A DNA stretch of 64,000 nucleotides, taken from NCBI GenBank assembly GCA_934182465.1, contig CAKPRG010000006.1:2368-66367 (forward strand). Reading direction: 5' to 3'. Below the pieces are notes generated by a model, which saw only the letters and a list, made by a program, of their open reading frames with translations, was not told where the DNA came from and did no database searches. The position numbers were made by a program, and so were the translations under genes. Position 1 is the stretch's first letter. Each line of letters opens with the position of its first letter. The stretch is from an uncultured Clostridia bacterium. GTDB lineage: Bacteria > Bacillota > Clostridia > TANB77 > CAG-508. Positions 24,707 to 33,840 of the stretch are shown here, one piece after another.

Positions 24707-27055
24707 TTGAAATACATAGACAGTTTTTTAAAGAAACTAAAAACAGACAGAAATACTTTTTTAACATATGTATTAACATTGATTTCTTTTTATCTTTGTA
24801 TAGATAGAATTGTAGAAATTATTATGATTGGTGCAACTGGTATGTCTGTTTCTTATTGGGGACCATTAAAATATACTTTAGCAATGGCATGCCCAGTATT
24901 TGCTTTTTATTTTTCCTTTGCTTCAAAGTTCGTAACTGAAGACTGGAAAAAATTATCATTTACATACATATATATGATAGGTTTATATATAATGGTAATT
25001 TCTATGATTATTCAATGGATTAATCAATTAGAATGGATGTTATTAATATCTGTACCAAATTATAGCTATATCATATTAAACTTTATGGATTTAATAAAAC
25101 CAGCTATGTCAGCATTTGCTTGGTATATTCCAATTTGTTCTTTCTATCCATTATTTAAGTTTATATATATGAAAATAAACGATACAAAAGATTTAAGAGA
25201 TTCTATATTTGATTATGGTGGAATCGATCTATCAGACAATAAAGAAGGTTGGGGTCCATATACTTGTGAAATGTATTTATGCAAAAACAAAGAATCTGGT
25301 AAAGTTATAAAAACTCCAGAATCTAGAAGATTCGAATCTACACTTGTTGTTGGTGTTTCTGGTTCTGGTAAAACTTCAATGATATTTGAACCTATGATTG
25401 CCAGAGATTTAGAAAAAAAATATTTGTTTAAAGAAGCATCAAAAGAAATGGGATATACAGCTTTACGTACAGGTTTAGCTAATCTAAATTCACCATATTC
25501 TAATGATTACATAAATGAAAACTTTAGTTTAAATATGCTTATACCAATTCCTGCAAAGGAAAAATTATATAAAGCCTATATGAACAAACTTATTTATCAT
25601 TATGCTGGTGAAAAAACAATATATAAAAATTTAGGTATCACTTATATGGCACCTGATTTTGAATCAATATCTCGTATTCAAGATGTTGCCGATAATTTTG
25701 GTATTAAATATAAATTAATAGATCCAAATGATCCAAACTCAGTAGGTTTAAACCCATTCACATTTGAAGATCCTATTAAAACATCAATTGCAATATCTTC
25801 TGTATTAAAAAGAATGTATCATTCAGAAGTAAACTTAAATAATAATACATCTGTAGATGAAGCATTTATGCAAAACATCACAACACAAGCAATCGAAAAC
25901 ATTACTCTTTTAGTAAAAGAAATGTATCCAAGATTACACAATGGAGATATTCCAAACTTAGAAGATTTAATGAAATTATTAAATGATTTTGATCTAATTG
26001 AAGATATGGCAGAACAAATGAAAAAAGATCCAGAATTAGCTCAAAAATACGAAATTCAATTAGGATACTTTAAAAAGACTTTCTACCAAGGTGCAAGTGG
26101 TAGAGATGAAACAGCAAAATATTTACAAGCATCTGCTGCTCAATTAGAAAACTTACTTCGTTACCCAGGTGTTAGAAGTATTTTATGTAACAGAACAAAC
26201 AATATAAATTATGATAATGCTTTAAAAAACGGTGAAATCATTTTGGTATGTACAAGACGTGGTGATTTAGGTGCTAGTATTCACAAAGCATTTGGACTAT
26301 TTTTCTTACTACTTATGCAACATTCTGTATTATCTAGACCAGGAAATGAAAAAACAAGAATACCTCATTTCTTATATGTAGATGAATTTCCTCCATTTGT
26401 TTGTAGAGCAACTGAAGATATATTCACTTTATATAGAAAATATCGTGTAGGAACAATAATTTCTGCACAAAACTTATCACAATTTGGTATTAATAATGAT
26501 TACAACTTTAGACAAACATTACTTGCTAACTGTACAACAAAGATTGTATTTGGTAACAACACTCCAGAAGACAATGAATGGTGGCAAAAAGAATTTGGAG
26601 ACAAAAGAGAATGGACATTTACAAATGATTACAAAACTGATAAAGGTGAATATGATTCAACTTATAAAGGTATTAAATGGGCTTGGAAAGAAAATTATAG
26701 AGCTGGTAAAGTTCAATCTCTTAAATTCAAAAACATTATTTATAAAACAAAAGACCTAAAAGGTAAAAATGTTGTTGGATCTGCAAAAGTAGATTTCTTA
26801 GAGTCAAAATATAAAGAAAGACAAAAAATTAAAACTTATAACTTTACTAAATTTACAAATGGTATAATTAATAAAGATAGCGAAGCAAACGGAAATTCAA
26901 AACCAAAATTTGATTTGAAACATATTAATTTTAATGAAAATCCAAACAATCCAAATGATATGGATCCAATTCAAAATAATACTAACAATTTAAAATATAC
27001 ATTTGATAATGAAGATGCAATAACAACTTACAATGATAATAATAAACATAACTAA
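24707..27055 (+). CDS. TraG/TraD/VirD4-like type IV coupling-protein-family ATPase with an N-terminal polytopic membrane domain
   Basis: Walker A LVVGVSGSGKTS; GLNPF; Walker B HFLYVDEFPPF; IISAQNLSQ; TTKIVFG. About 5 TM helices in the first 160 aa. TTG start. Confidence 0.65.
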   Translation: MKYIDSFLKKLKTDRNTFLTYVLTLISFYLCIDRIVEIIMIGATGMSVSYWGPLKYTLAMACPVFAFYFSFASKFVTEDWKKLSFTYIYMIGLYIMVISMIIQWINQLEWMLLISVPNYSYIILNFMDLIKPAMSAFAWYIPICSFYPLFKFIYMKINDTKDLRDSIFDYGGIDLSDNKEGWGPYTCEMYLCKNKESGKVIKTPESRRFESTLVVGVSGSGKTSMIFEPMIARDLEKKYLFKEASKEMGYTALRTGLANLNSPYSNDYINENFSLNMLIPIPAKEKLYKAYMNKLIYHYAGEKTIYKNLGITYMAPDFESISRIQDVADNFGIKYKLIDPNDPNSVGLNPFTFEDPIKTSIAISSVLKRMYHSEVNLNNNTSVDEAFMQNITTQAIENITLLVKEMYPRLHNGDIPNLEDLMKLLNDFDLIEDMAEQMKKDPELAQKYEIQLGYFKKTFYQGASGRDETAKYLQASAAQLENLLRYPGVRSILCNRTNNINYDNALKNGEIILVCTRRGDLGASIHKAFGLFFLLLMQHSVLSRPGNEKTRIPHFLYVDEFPPFVCRATEDIFTLYRKYRVGTIISAQNLSQFGINNDYNFRQTLLANCTTKIVFGNNTPEDNEWWQKEFGDKREWTFTNDYKTDKGEYDSTYKGIKWAWKENYRAGKVQSLKFKNIIYKTKDLKGKNVVGSAKVDFLESKYKERQKIKTYNFTKFTNGIINKDSEANGNSKPKFDLKHINFNENPNNPNDMDPIQNNTNNLKYTFDNEDAITTYNDNNKHN

Positions 27056-27062
27056 ACAATAA

Positions 27063-27088
27063 AAAAATCCCCTATATGGGGATTTTTT
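27063..27088. terminator. Bidirectional rho-independent terminator
   Basis: AAAAATCCCC-tata-GGGGATTTTT followed by T, between convergent genes. Confidence 0.85.
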
Positions 27089-27102
27089 ATTGTTCGTTCT
27101 TT

Positions 27103-28038
27103 TTATCCTAAAACTTTAAATTCAACATTTATAGCTTTAAATTTTCCAGTAGTTTCATCTTTTACAAACTCTGTTAAAGACTTATCTAATGTTGTTGTAT
27201 TTTGTTTTAAATCTGTAGTAAAGTATAATTTTATTTTATCTATTATTAAATTTCTACTAAGTATTTCTCTAAGAGTTTCTACCATATGTTTATCATCTTC
27301 GCAAACAAGTATTAATTGTGGCATAGCCATAAATCCAGAATCACCTGGAACAAAATTGCCATAGAAATCTTTGTAGTAATTCATTCTTTCAGCAAATTTG
27401 TTTTCCCAATCTTGTTCTCTTCTAACACATTCAAATAATAAATCAATAGATTTGTTTGCTTTTCCAACAGTAACTTTTCCATGAGCTTTAAATGTTTTTC
27501 CAGACATTTTTGCATTAATTGTAGGCTTTACTACATAGCTTTTAAAATTACTTGCTTTCCTTAAATATGCAATAATTACTTGATTTCCAGCTAATCTCTT
27601 TTTAATAAGTGGTACTGGTTTTGTATTATCTGTTGGTTGCCATTTACATTCTTTCTCTCTAGAATTTAGCAAATATTTTCCCATTTTTTCTAAGCAATAT
27701 ACTCTATATATTCCCTTTCCTTCTTCTGAAGAAAAATAATATCTTGTTAAAATTTTTGTTCTAACTAATTGATCTAATTTAGTATTTAATTTGTCTTGTG
27801 ATTTTATTTCTACATTTTTTGCTAAAAGCATAAAATATATTTGTCTTGATGTCATAAATTCAAATTCATTTACTAAATCTAATATTTCAAAATGTATATC
27901 TGAAATATGTCCTAAGTTTATTTTGTGTATAATTTGATTTATAGATACATACCCATCCTTACCATCAAATGTTTTAATTTCTCCTTCTCTAATAGCGAAT
28001 GGAGATACGGTAGTTTTTATTTTTTCATCTTCTACCAT
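27103..28038 (-). CDS. Hypothetical protein with an N-terminal winged-helix-like region; possibly replication-relaxation family
   Basis: HFEILDLVNEFEFMTSRQIYFML...LDQLVRTKILTRYYF (wHTH-like); C-terminal IDLLFECVRRE...PQLILVCEDD. The family assignment is from memory of the motif pattern only. Confidence 0.35.
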   Translation of the reverse strand: MVEDEKIKTTVSPFAIREGEIKTFDGKDGYVSINQIIHKINLGHISDIHFEILDLVNEFEFMTSRQIYFMLLAKNVEIKSQDKLNTKLDQLVRTKILTRYYFSSEEGKGIYRVYCLEKMGKYLLNSREKECKWQPTDNTKPVPLIKKRLAGNQVIIAYLRKASNFKSYVVKPTINAKMSGKTFKAHGKVTVGKANKSIDLLFECVRREQDWENKFAERMNYYKDFYGNFVPGDSGFMAMPQLILVCEDDKHMVETLREILSRNLIIDKIKLYFTTDLKQNTTTLDKSLTEFVKDETTGKFKAINVEFKVLG

Positions 28039-28071
28039 TTTTATAGCCTCCTTTTATTAAAATAGTTCTGC

Positions 28072-28875
28072 TTAAATAATAATTAATTTAATTTTTTGTT
28101 TTGCTTCTATAATTTTCTTAATAAAAACATTTACCTTTTGACCATAGGAAAAACCCTCTTTGTATTCTGCCATTCCTACTAAATTTGGTTTCAACTCAAT
28201 AAATATACCATTTTTATATTTATCTGTTTCTTTGACAGTTCCAGTAACAATCATTTTTTCTTTGTATTCTTTTATATTTTCATTCCAATCACCAAGTAGC
28301 TCTTTATAAGACAAAATAATTTTTCCTGTTTGTTTATCTATTGATTTTATCATAACATCAATTTTTTGTCCAATACAAAAACGTTCTTCTGGAGTTTTTA
28401 TTCTAGATATTGATATATCTTCAATGTGTAATAATCCAACCATACCTCCACCAATTTCAACAAAAACTCCAAATTTTCTAATATTTTTTATAATACCTTT
28501 TACAACTATTCCTGGTTCTAATTCGTTTTTTACCCAATTTAAGGCTTCTTCGCCAACTTGTTTTCTTGATAACAAAATTTGATTATCAGAATATATTTCT
28601 TTTACTTTAAATTGAACCATTGTATTTACTTTGTTTTTACAAATTTTTGGTTCTGTTAAACCATATTCATCTTTTTTAATTGCATCTATTTCATTTCTTG
28701 GAATTATGCCTTCAATTCCATTTCCTAAATGGATATGTAAATTATAGTTTGTATCACATGAAGTAACCTTACCTTGCATTATTTGTCCTGTTTCGAAAGC
28801 ATTTTTAATTGTTGCATTAGTATACATCTCATTTGTATCTTTCCAACCTTCTGGAATAAATTTTTGATATTCCAT
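28072..28875 (-). CDS. S1 RNA-binding domain protein (about 3 S1 repeats)
   Basis: GQIMQGKVTSCD...GIEGIIPRNEI; GIVVKGIIKNIRKFGVFVEIGGGMVGLLHIEDIS; MIVTGTVKE...GIFIEL. Confidence 0.8.
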   Translation of the reverse strand: MEYQKFIPEGWKDTNEMYTNATIKNAFETGQIMQGKVTSCDTNYNLHIHLGNGIEGIIPRNEIDAIKKDEYGLTEPKICKNKVNTMVQFKVKEIYSDNQILLSRKQVGEEALNWVKNELEPGIVVKGIIKNIRKFGVFVEIGGGMVGLLHIEDISISRIKTPEERFCIGQKIDVMIKSIDKQTGKIILSYKELLGDWNENIKEYKEKMIVTGTVKETDKYKNGIFIELKPNLVGMAEYKEGFSYGQKVNVFIKKIIEAKQKIKLIII

Positions 28876-28970
28876 AGCTTACTCCTCTTTTGTATGTTTA
28901 TTTTATATTATTTCATTATTCAAAATTTTTCAAGTATAAAATACAATTTTATTAAATAATTATTGCCAAA

Positions 28971-29690
28971 TTATTTTAATAAATTTTCTATTTCTTTATT
29001 CGTTAAATATCTCCATGTTCCAATTTTTAAATCTTTTACTTGTATATTTCCTATTTTTGTACGGTGCAAAGCAACTACTTTTTTATTTATTGCTTCACAC
29101 ATTTTTCTAACTTGTCTATTTTTGCCTTCATGAATTTTTATTTCTAATCTAGATCTATTTGTTTCTGTATCTGTTCTAAGAATTTTTACTTTTGCAGGTT
29201 TTGTTGTATATTCTCCGTCTATAACAACACCTTCTTCTAGCTTTTTAACTTCTTCTTTTGTTACAATTCCAATAACAGTAACTGTATACGTCTTTTCTAT
29301 TTCATGACTAGGATGTGTTATTATATTAACAAATTCTCCATCATTTGTTAATATAAGAGCACCAGATGTATACATGTCTAATCTACCAACTGGAACAACT
29401 CTTTCTTTTACTTTTACTAAATCAAGTACTGTATCTCTGTGAAATTGGTCTGAAGCAGTTGTAACATAACCAATAGGTTTATTTAAAAGAATGTATACTT
29501 TATTGTTTGGAACTGATAATTTTTTTCCTTTATAAATAACTTCATCTTTTTCTGGATCTATTTTTGTTCCTAATTCTTGTACACTTTTTCCATTTACATA
29601 CACTTCTCCAGAAAGAATTATCTCTTCACATTTTCTTCTTGATGCTACCCCACATTCTGCCATATATTTTTGTAATCTTACATTTTCCAT
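28971..29690 (-). CDS. rluB: RsuA/RluB-family pseudouridine synthase
   Basis: S4 domain VRLQKYMAECGVASRRKCEEII; catalytic GRLDMYTSGALILTNDGEF. Confidence 0.85.
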   Translation of the reverse strand: MENVRLQKYMAECGVASRRKCEEIILSGEVYVNGKSVQELGTKIDPEKDEVIYKGKKLSVPNNKVYILLNKPIGYVTTASDQFHRDTVLDLVKVKERVVPVGRLDMYTSGALILTNDGEFVNIITHPSHEIEKTYTVTVIGIVTKEEVKKLEEGVVIDGEYTTKPAKVKILRTDTETNRSRLEIKIHEGKNRQVRKMCEAINKKVVALHRTKIGNIQVKDLKIGTWRYLTNKEIENLLK

Positions 29691-29737
29691 TTATGTATAT
29701 GCTAAATTAGCACCCTCCTTTTATTCACTTTAATTTA

Positions 29738-30659
29738 CTACTTTTCACTATTTTCTTTTCTAAGTTCTTGTAATACTTTTTCAAAATATTCTGGCAAATC
29801 TGCCTTTAAACTCATATTTTCATTTGTTGTTGGGTGTTTAAATTCTAATTTGTAACTATGCAACATTTGACCTTTTACATCAAATGGATTTTTTCCATTT
29901 GAATAAACATAGTCTCCAACAATAGGAAAACCTATTTCAGCCATGTGTACCCTAATTTGATGTGTTCTTCCTGTTTCTATATTTACTTCAAGTAATGTAT
30001 ATCCATCAAATCTTTCTAATACTTTAAAATGTGTAATAGCTTCTTTTCCATTTTTATTTACAGCCATTTTTGTTCTATCTTTTAGGCTTCTTGCAATTGG
30101 CATTTTTATTGTAGCTTCGTTTTCTTTTATGTTTCCTCTTACTAAAGCTAAATATGTTTTTTTAACTTTGTGATTTTTTATTTGTTCACTAACATTTATA
30201 TGTGCCTTATCGTTTTTAGCAATAATCAATAATCCAGATGTATCTTTGTCTATTCTATGAACTATTCCTGGTCTTATTTCTCCACCAATTCCAGACAAAG
30301 ATTCTTTGCAATGTGCCATAATTGCATTTACTAAAGTTCCATTTAGATTACCATTTCCGTGGATGAACTACTAATCCTTTTTGTTTATTTACAACTAGTA
30401 TATCTGAATCTTCATATACTATATTTAGTGGTATATCTTCTGCTTCTATTTTAGATTCTTTTACTTCCGGTTCTTCTATTGTGATTTTATCATTTAATTG
30501 CAATTTATATGATGCTTTTGATTTTTTACTATTAACTAAAATATTTCCTTCTTCTATCATTCTTTGAATTGCAACTCTTGAATAATTTTCACTTTTTTGT
30601 GATATTGCTTTATCTAATCTTGTATTTATAAAATCATTTTCTACAACAAATTCTTTCAT
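29738..30659 (-). pseudogene. rluD: RluD-family 23S rRNA pseudouridine synthase interrupted by a single extra C (a +1 shift is needed at codon CGG 30357-30359)
   Basis: The upstream ORF ends ...KGLVVHPRKW*. Skipping the C at 30359 gives [48 protein letters not shown], continuous with ORF 29738-30319. The lspA-rluD synteny is conserved. Confidence 0.85.
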
Positions 30660-30661
30660 AT

Positions 30662-31432
30662 TTACTTAAGATTTCCCTCCTTTTCCCATTTACTTTTTGT
30701 CATATCTTTTGTAAATATTATTTTAAATAAATAAATTGGTAATACATACATTCTCTTGATTCTAGAAGGTTGAAGTATTAATCTCCAAAACCATTCCATT
30801 CCTATTTTTTGAATCCATTTTGGTGCTCTTTTTATGTTTCCAGCTTCATAATCAAAAGTTCCACCTTGCCCTGCAGCAACATCAACTTTTAATTCTTTTT
30901 GATGTTCAGCAATCCACTTTTCTTGCCTTGGAGCTCCCATTGCAACAAAAAGGACATTAGGTTGTAATTTATTTATTTCTTTTATAACATCTTCTTCTGA
31001 ATCTTTTTCAAAAAAACCTTCATGGTATCCTACAATTTTTAATTTAGGATATAGTTTTTCTACATTTTCTTTTGCTTTTAGTGGTATATCATCTTTGCCA
31101 CCTAATAAATATACTGTCCATTCTTCCTTTTCAGCAGTTTCTAATATCTTTCTAAAATATGCTTGTCCAGGTATTCTTTGCTTAAATGGATTTTTTTGCA
31201 ATTTACCAGCTATAATTACTCCTATACTATCTGGTGTAGCTAATTCTGCTTTTTGTAAAACATCAAAAAATTCTTTATCTTTTTGAGCTTGCATTATAAA
31301 TTCTACATTTGGTGCTACTATTATTTTACATGATTTATTACTTGATTCAATTAATTCTTTTGTCTTACTTGCAGCTTCATCTTCTGTTATATTATTTATA
31401 TCTACTCCTAATATTCTTACTTTTTCTTGCAA
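30662..31432 (-). CDS. tagA: WecB/TagA/CpsF-family glycosyltransferase
   Basis: RILGVDINNIT...VAMGAPRQEKWI...RAPKWIQKIGMEWFWRL. Confidence 0.8.
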   Translation of the reverse strand: MQEKVRILGVDINNITEDEAASKTKELIESSNKSCKIIVAPNVEFIMQAQKDKEFFDVLQKAELATPDSIGVIIAGKLQKNPFKQRIPGQAYFRKILETAEKEEWTVYLLGGKDDIPLKAKENVEKLYPKLKIVGYHEGFFEKDSEEDVIKEINKLQPNVLFVAMGAPRQEKWIAEHQKELKVDVAAGQGGTFDYEAGNIKRAPKWIQKIGMEWFWRLILQPSRIKRMYVLPIYLFKIIFTKDMTKSKWEKEGNLK

Positions 31433-31447
31433 ATTATTACACCTCTA

Positions 31448-31912
31448 TTATTTTTTGTCATTTTTTAATAATTTCATATCTCTGTTAAAAATAATTAAAA
31501 CAGAAATTATTAATAAAAACCATCCTATTACTAAAAATGCATCAGCTAAATTAAAAATTGGAAAATTTCCTATACCTATAAAATCTACTATTGCACCTCT
31601 AAAAATTCTATCTATTAAATTTCCAATACCACCAGAAATAACTAATGCTAAAGCAATTGTTGTTCTATTATCTAATCTCTCTTTTTGATGATAAACAAAA
31701 TTAATAATCATTGCTAATGCAATTATTACGAAACATAAATTTGTCATATTAGATGAATTTATTCCAAAAGCAATTCCAGTATTATGCACATCTTCTATAT
31801 GGAAAAATCCAATACTAAAATTTTGAAATCTTGGTACTATAAATTTAGTAATTTGATCTATCAATATAAAAATTATTGAAAGTATAGTCATTTTTTTTAT
31901 TTTCTTATTCAT
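31448..31912 (-). CDS. lspA: Lipoprotein signal peptidase II
   Basis: NTGIAFG ... GGIGNLIDRIFRGAIVDFI ... FNLADA. Confidence 0.9.
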   Translation of the reverse strand: MNKKIKKMTILSIIFILIDQITKFIVPRFQNFSIGFFHIEDVHNTGIAFGINSSNMTNLCFVIIALAMIINFVYHQKERLDNRTTIALALVISGGIGNLIDRIFRGAIVDFIGIGNFPIFNLADAFLVIGWFLLIISVLIIFNRDMKLLKNDKK

Positions 31913-31928
31913 TAAAGTTTAGCTCCTT

Positions 31929-33599
31929 TTATTGATTATTTTCTACTGCAGCTAATCTTGAAAATATTCTAAAACTTCCATCATCATATATAGATTTATA
32001 TCTATCATCATTTCTTAGTATTAATGCCAATTTTGAATTTGAATAGCATATTATATGTGTTACTCCATATTCTTTAAATTTAACATCATAATTTACTGAT
32101 AAACCTGCTATATTTAAAGCATCTGAGAAAATATCTCTTCCTGCTATATTTTCTTTTTCGTTTCCATTGAATTCTGGTGTATATAAATCACATCTAGAAT
32201 CAATAAATACTGGAATACCTTCGTATAGCAAATAACTTCCATAATTGTATTCATTATATAATTTTAATGTGCTTAAATCTAAGTTTTCTTTTATCCATTT
32301 TGAAGCTTCAACTGGATATGTAGAAGTAGAAACAAATACATCATCCATTATAGGTTTATATAAATCATAAGATGCATAAGCTATTATAGACACCAATAAT
32401 AAGCCACCTATAAATGTAGATTCTACTTTTATTATTTTCTTACATAAATCTTTATCATATTTAGCCAAAAATCCTGAAATCATTTTTGCTAATATAAAAC
32501 TACAGAAAATTGCAAACATAGATACTTGTCTTCTCATTTTGAAAGACAAATATGTTAATCCACCTAGCATAAATAAATCAGATAATTTAATTTTTGTATC
32601 TGTAAATATTAATATTGCTAAAAATATAACAACTGCAACTGTAAATTCTTTATTGTCTAATAAAGTAAGTGGTAAATGTTCATTTATTAATCTTGTTGTA
32701 TTTCCGTCTAATGTTTTAGGAACATAAGTATATGCACCTAATCCTGCTGGATTTATTAAACCTGTACCTGCTGCTATAATAGCAACAATTATTAATGCAA
32801 GTACAAAATGATTTTTTTGAATTTTTATTCTATATGGATTTTCTCTATTTTTTTGTCTTTTAACTTTTCTTAAATTTATATCTTCATATTCTTTATCTAT
32901 TTTTTCTTGTAAAGATTTTTTTATTTTAACTTTTTCCATAAAAGCTTTAGCAATCTTTAAAACTATTATTTTTAATCTCTTATCCAAGTCTAAATCAGCA
33001 AGTACTGCAATAAAGTATTCTCCTATATATGGCAAATACAATACAAAATAAAATGGGAATACTGCACAATGCACATTAGTAATAATTAAAGGTATTATTA
33101 TTAATCCTACTGCATATCTTATTTTATGTGTTGCTAAGAATTGTTCTATAAAGTACACTGTCCATGCAAATAATATAAATGTTAAAAGCTGAGCTCTTGC
33201 TGCAACAAATGGTTTTAATAAATACATTGCTCCTATAGTAACAATAAATGATACAACTTCATTTTTTGAAAATTTATTTGATATATAAAACAATGATAAT
33301 CCTAAAATTATGCACAATATAATTGTAAGTACATATACTCCTTCCCATGAAAAAGCTCTATACACTACATATGTTCCAAAATCGTACAACCAATGTGGAT
33401 AAGTATATGGTAAATCATGCCAAGAATATTGATCTGTTGTTAAATCAGATATTCCATTTTCATATATATATTCTCCTATTTTTACAGTATAGTATGTATC
33501 ATTTTGTAATGTTTTTGGGGTTATTGAAAAACAAAACATAGCTATACAAACAATAGCTAGTAATGTGAATATTATCTTACTTTTTTTCTCACTTTTCAT
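31929..33599 (-). CDS. Polytopic membrane protein, GT-C-like glycosyltransferase candidate
   Basis: 556 aa with more than 10 TM helices, a lysine-rich cytoplasmic loop, and a C-terminal soluble domain. Neighbours the tagA-like gene. Confidence 0.45.
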   Translation of the reverse strand: MKSEKKSKIIFTLLAIVCIAMFCFSITPKTLQNDTYYTVKIGEYIYENGISDLTTDQYSWHDLPYTYPHWLYDFGTYVVYRAFSWEGVYVLTIILCIILGLSLFYISNKFSKNEVVSFIVTIGAMYLLKPFVAARAQLLTFILFAWTVYFIEQFLATHKIRYAVGLIIIPLIITNVHCAVFPFYFVLYLPYIGEYFIAVLADLDLDKRLKIIVLKIAKAFMEKVKIKKSLQEKIDKEYEDINLRKVKRQKNRENPYRIKIQKNHFVLALIIVAIIAAGTGLINPAGLGAYTYVPKTLDGNTTRLINEHLPLTLLDNKEFTVAVVIFLAILIFTDTKIKLSDLFMLGGLTYLSFKMRRQVSMFAIFCSFILAKMISGFLAKYDKDLCKKIIKVESTFIGGLLLVSIIAYASYDLYKPIMDDVFVSTSTYPVEASKWIKENLDLSTLKLYNEYNYGSYLLYEGIPVFIDSRCDLYTPEFNGNEKENIAGRDIFSDALNIAGLSVNYDVKFKEYGVTHIICYSNSKLALILRNDDRYKSIYDDGSFRIFSRLAAVENNQ

Positions 33600-33840
33600 C
33601 TATCGTACCTCTTTTCTTATAGAGAAAATTATATCAAAACTTTCATAATATAGCAAGAAAAAAAGTGGACATTCTATTATTTCCGTAATAAAAAAACAGG
33701 CTTAATTGAACAGAACCCAAAAAGCATTTAACTTTTCGAGTTCTGTTTAGAATATTACATATTTTTATATGATTTTTTTAATTAACTATGTGATTACTTA
33801 TTTTAATAATTACAGTATTTTACACCTACAATATTAAATT

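Noticed and set aside
24531-24779. 82-aa minus-strand ORF spanning the SpoVB-like/T4CP-like intergenic region
   Set aside because: It runs through the divergent promoter region and into the start of the plus-strand gene. The basic low-complexity translation has no RBS.
26484-26759. 91-aa alternative-frame plus-strand ORF inside the T4CP-like gene
   Set aside because: It is same-strand and out of frame within a conserved ATPase domain. Nothing supports an overlapping gene.
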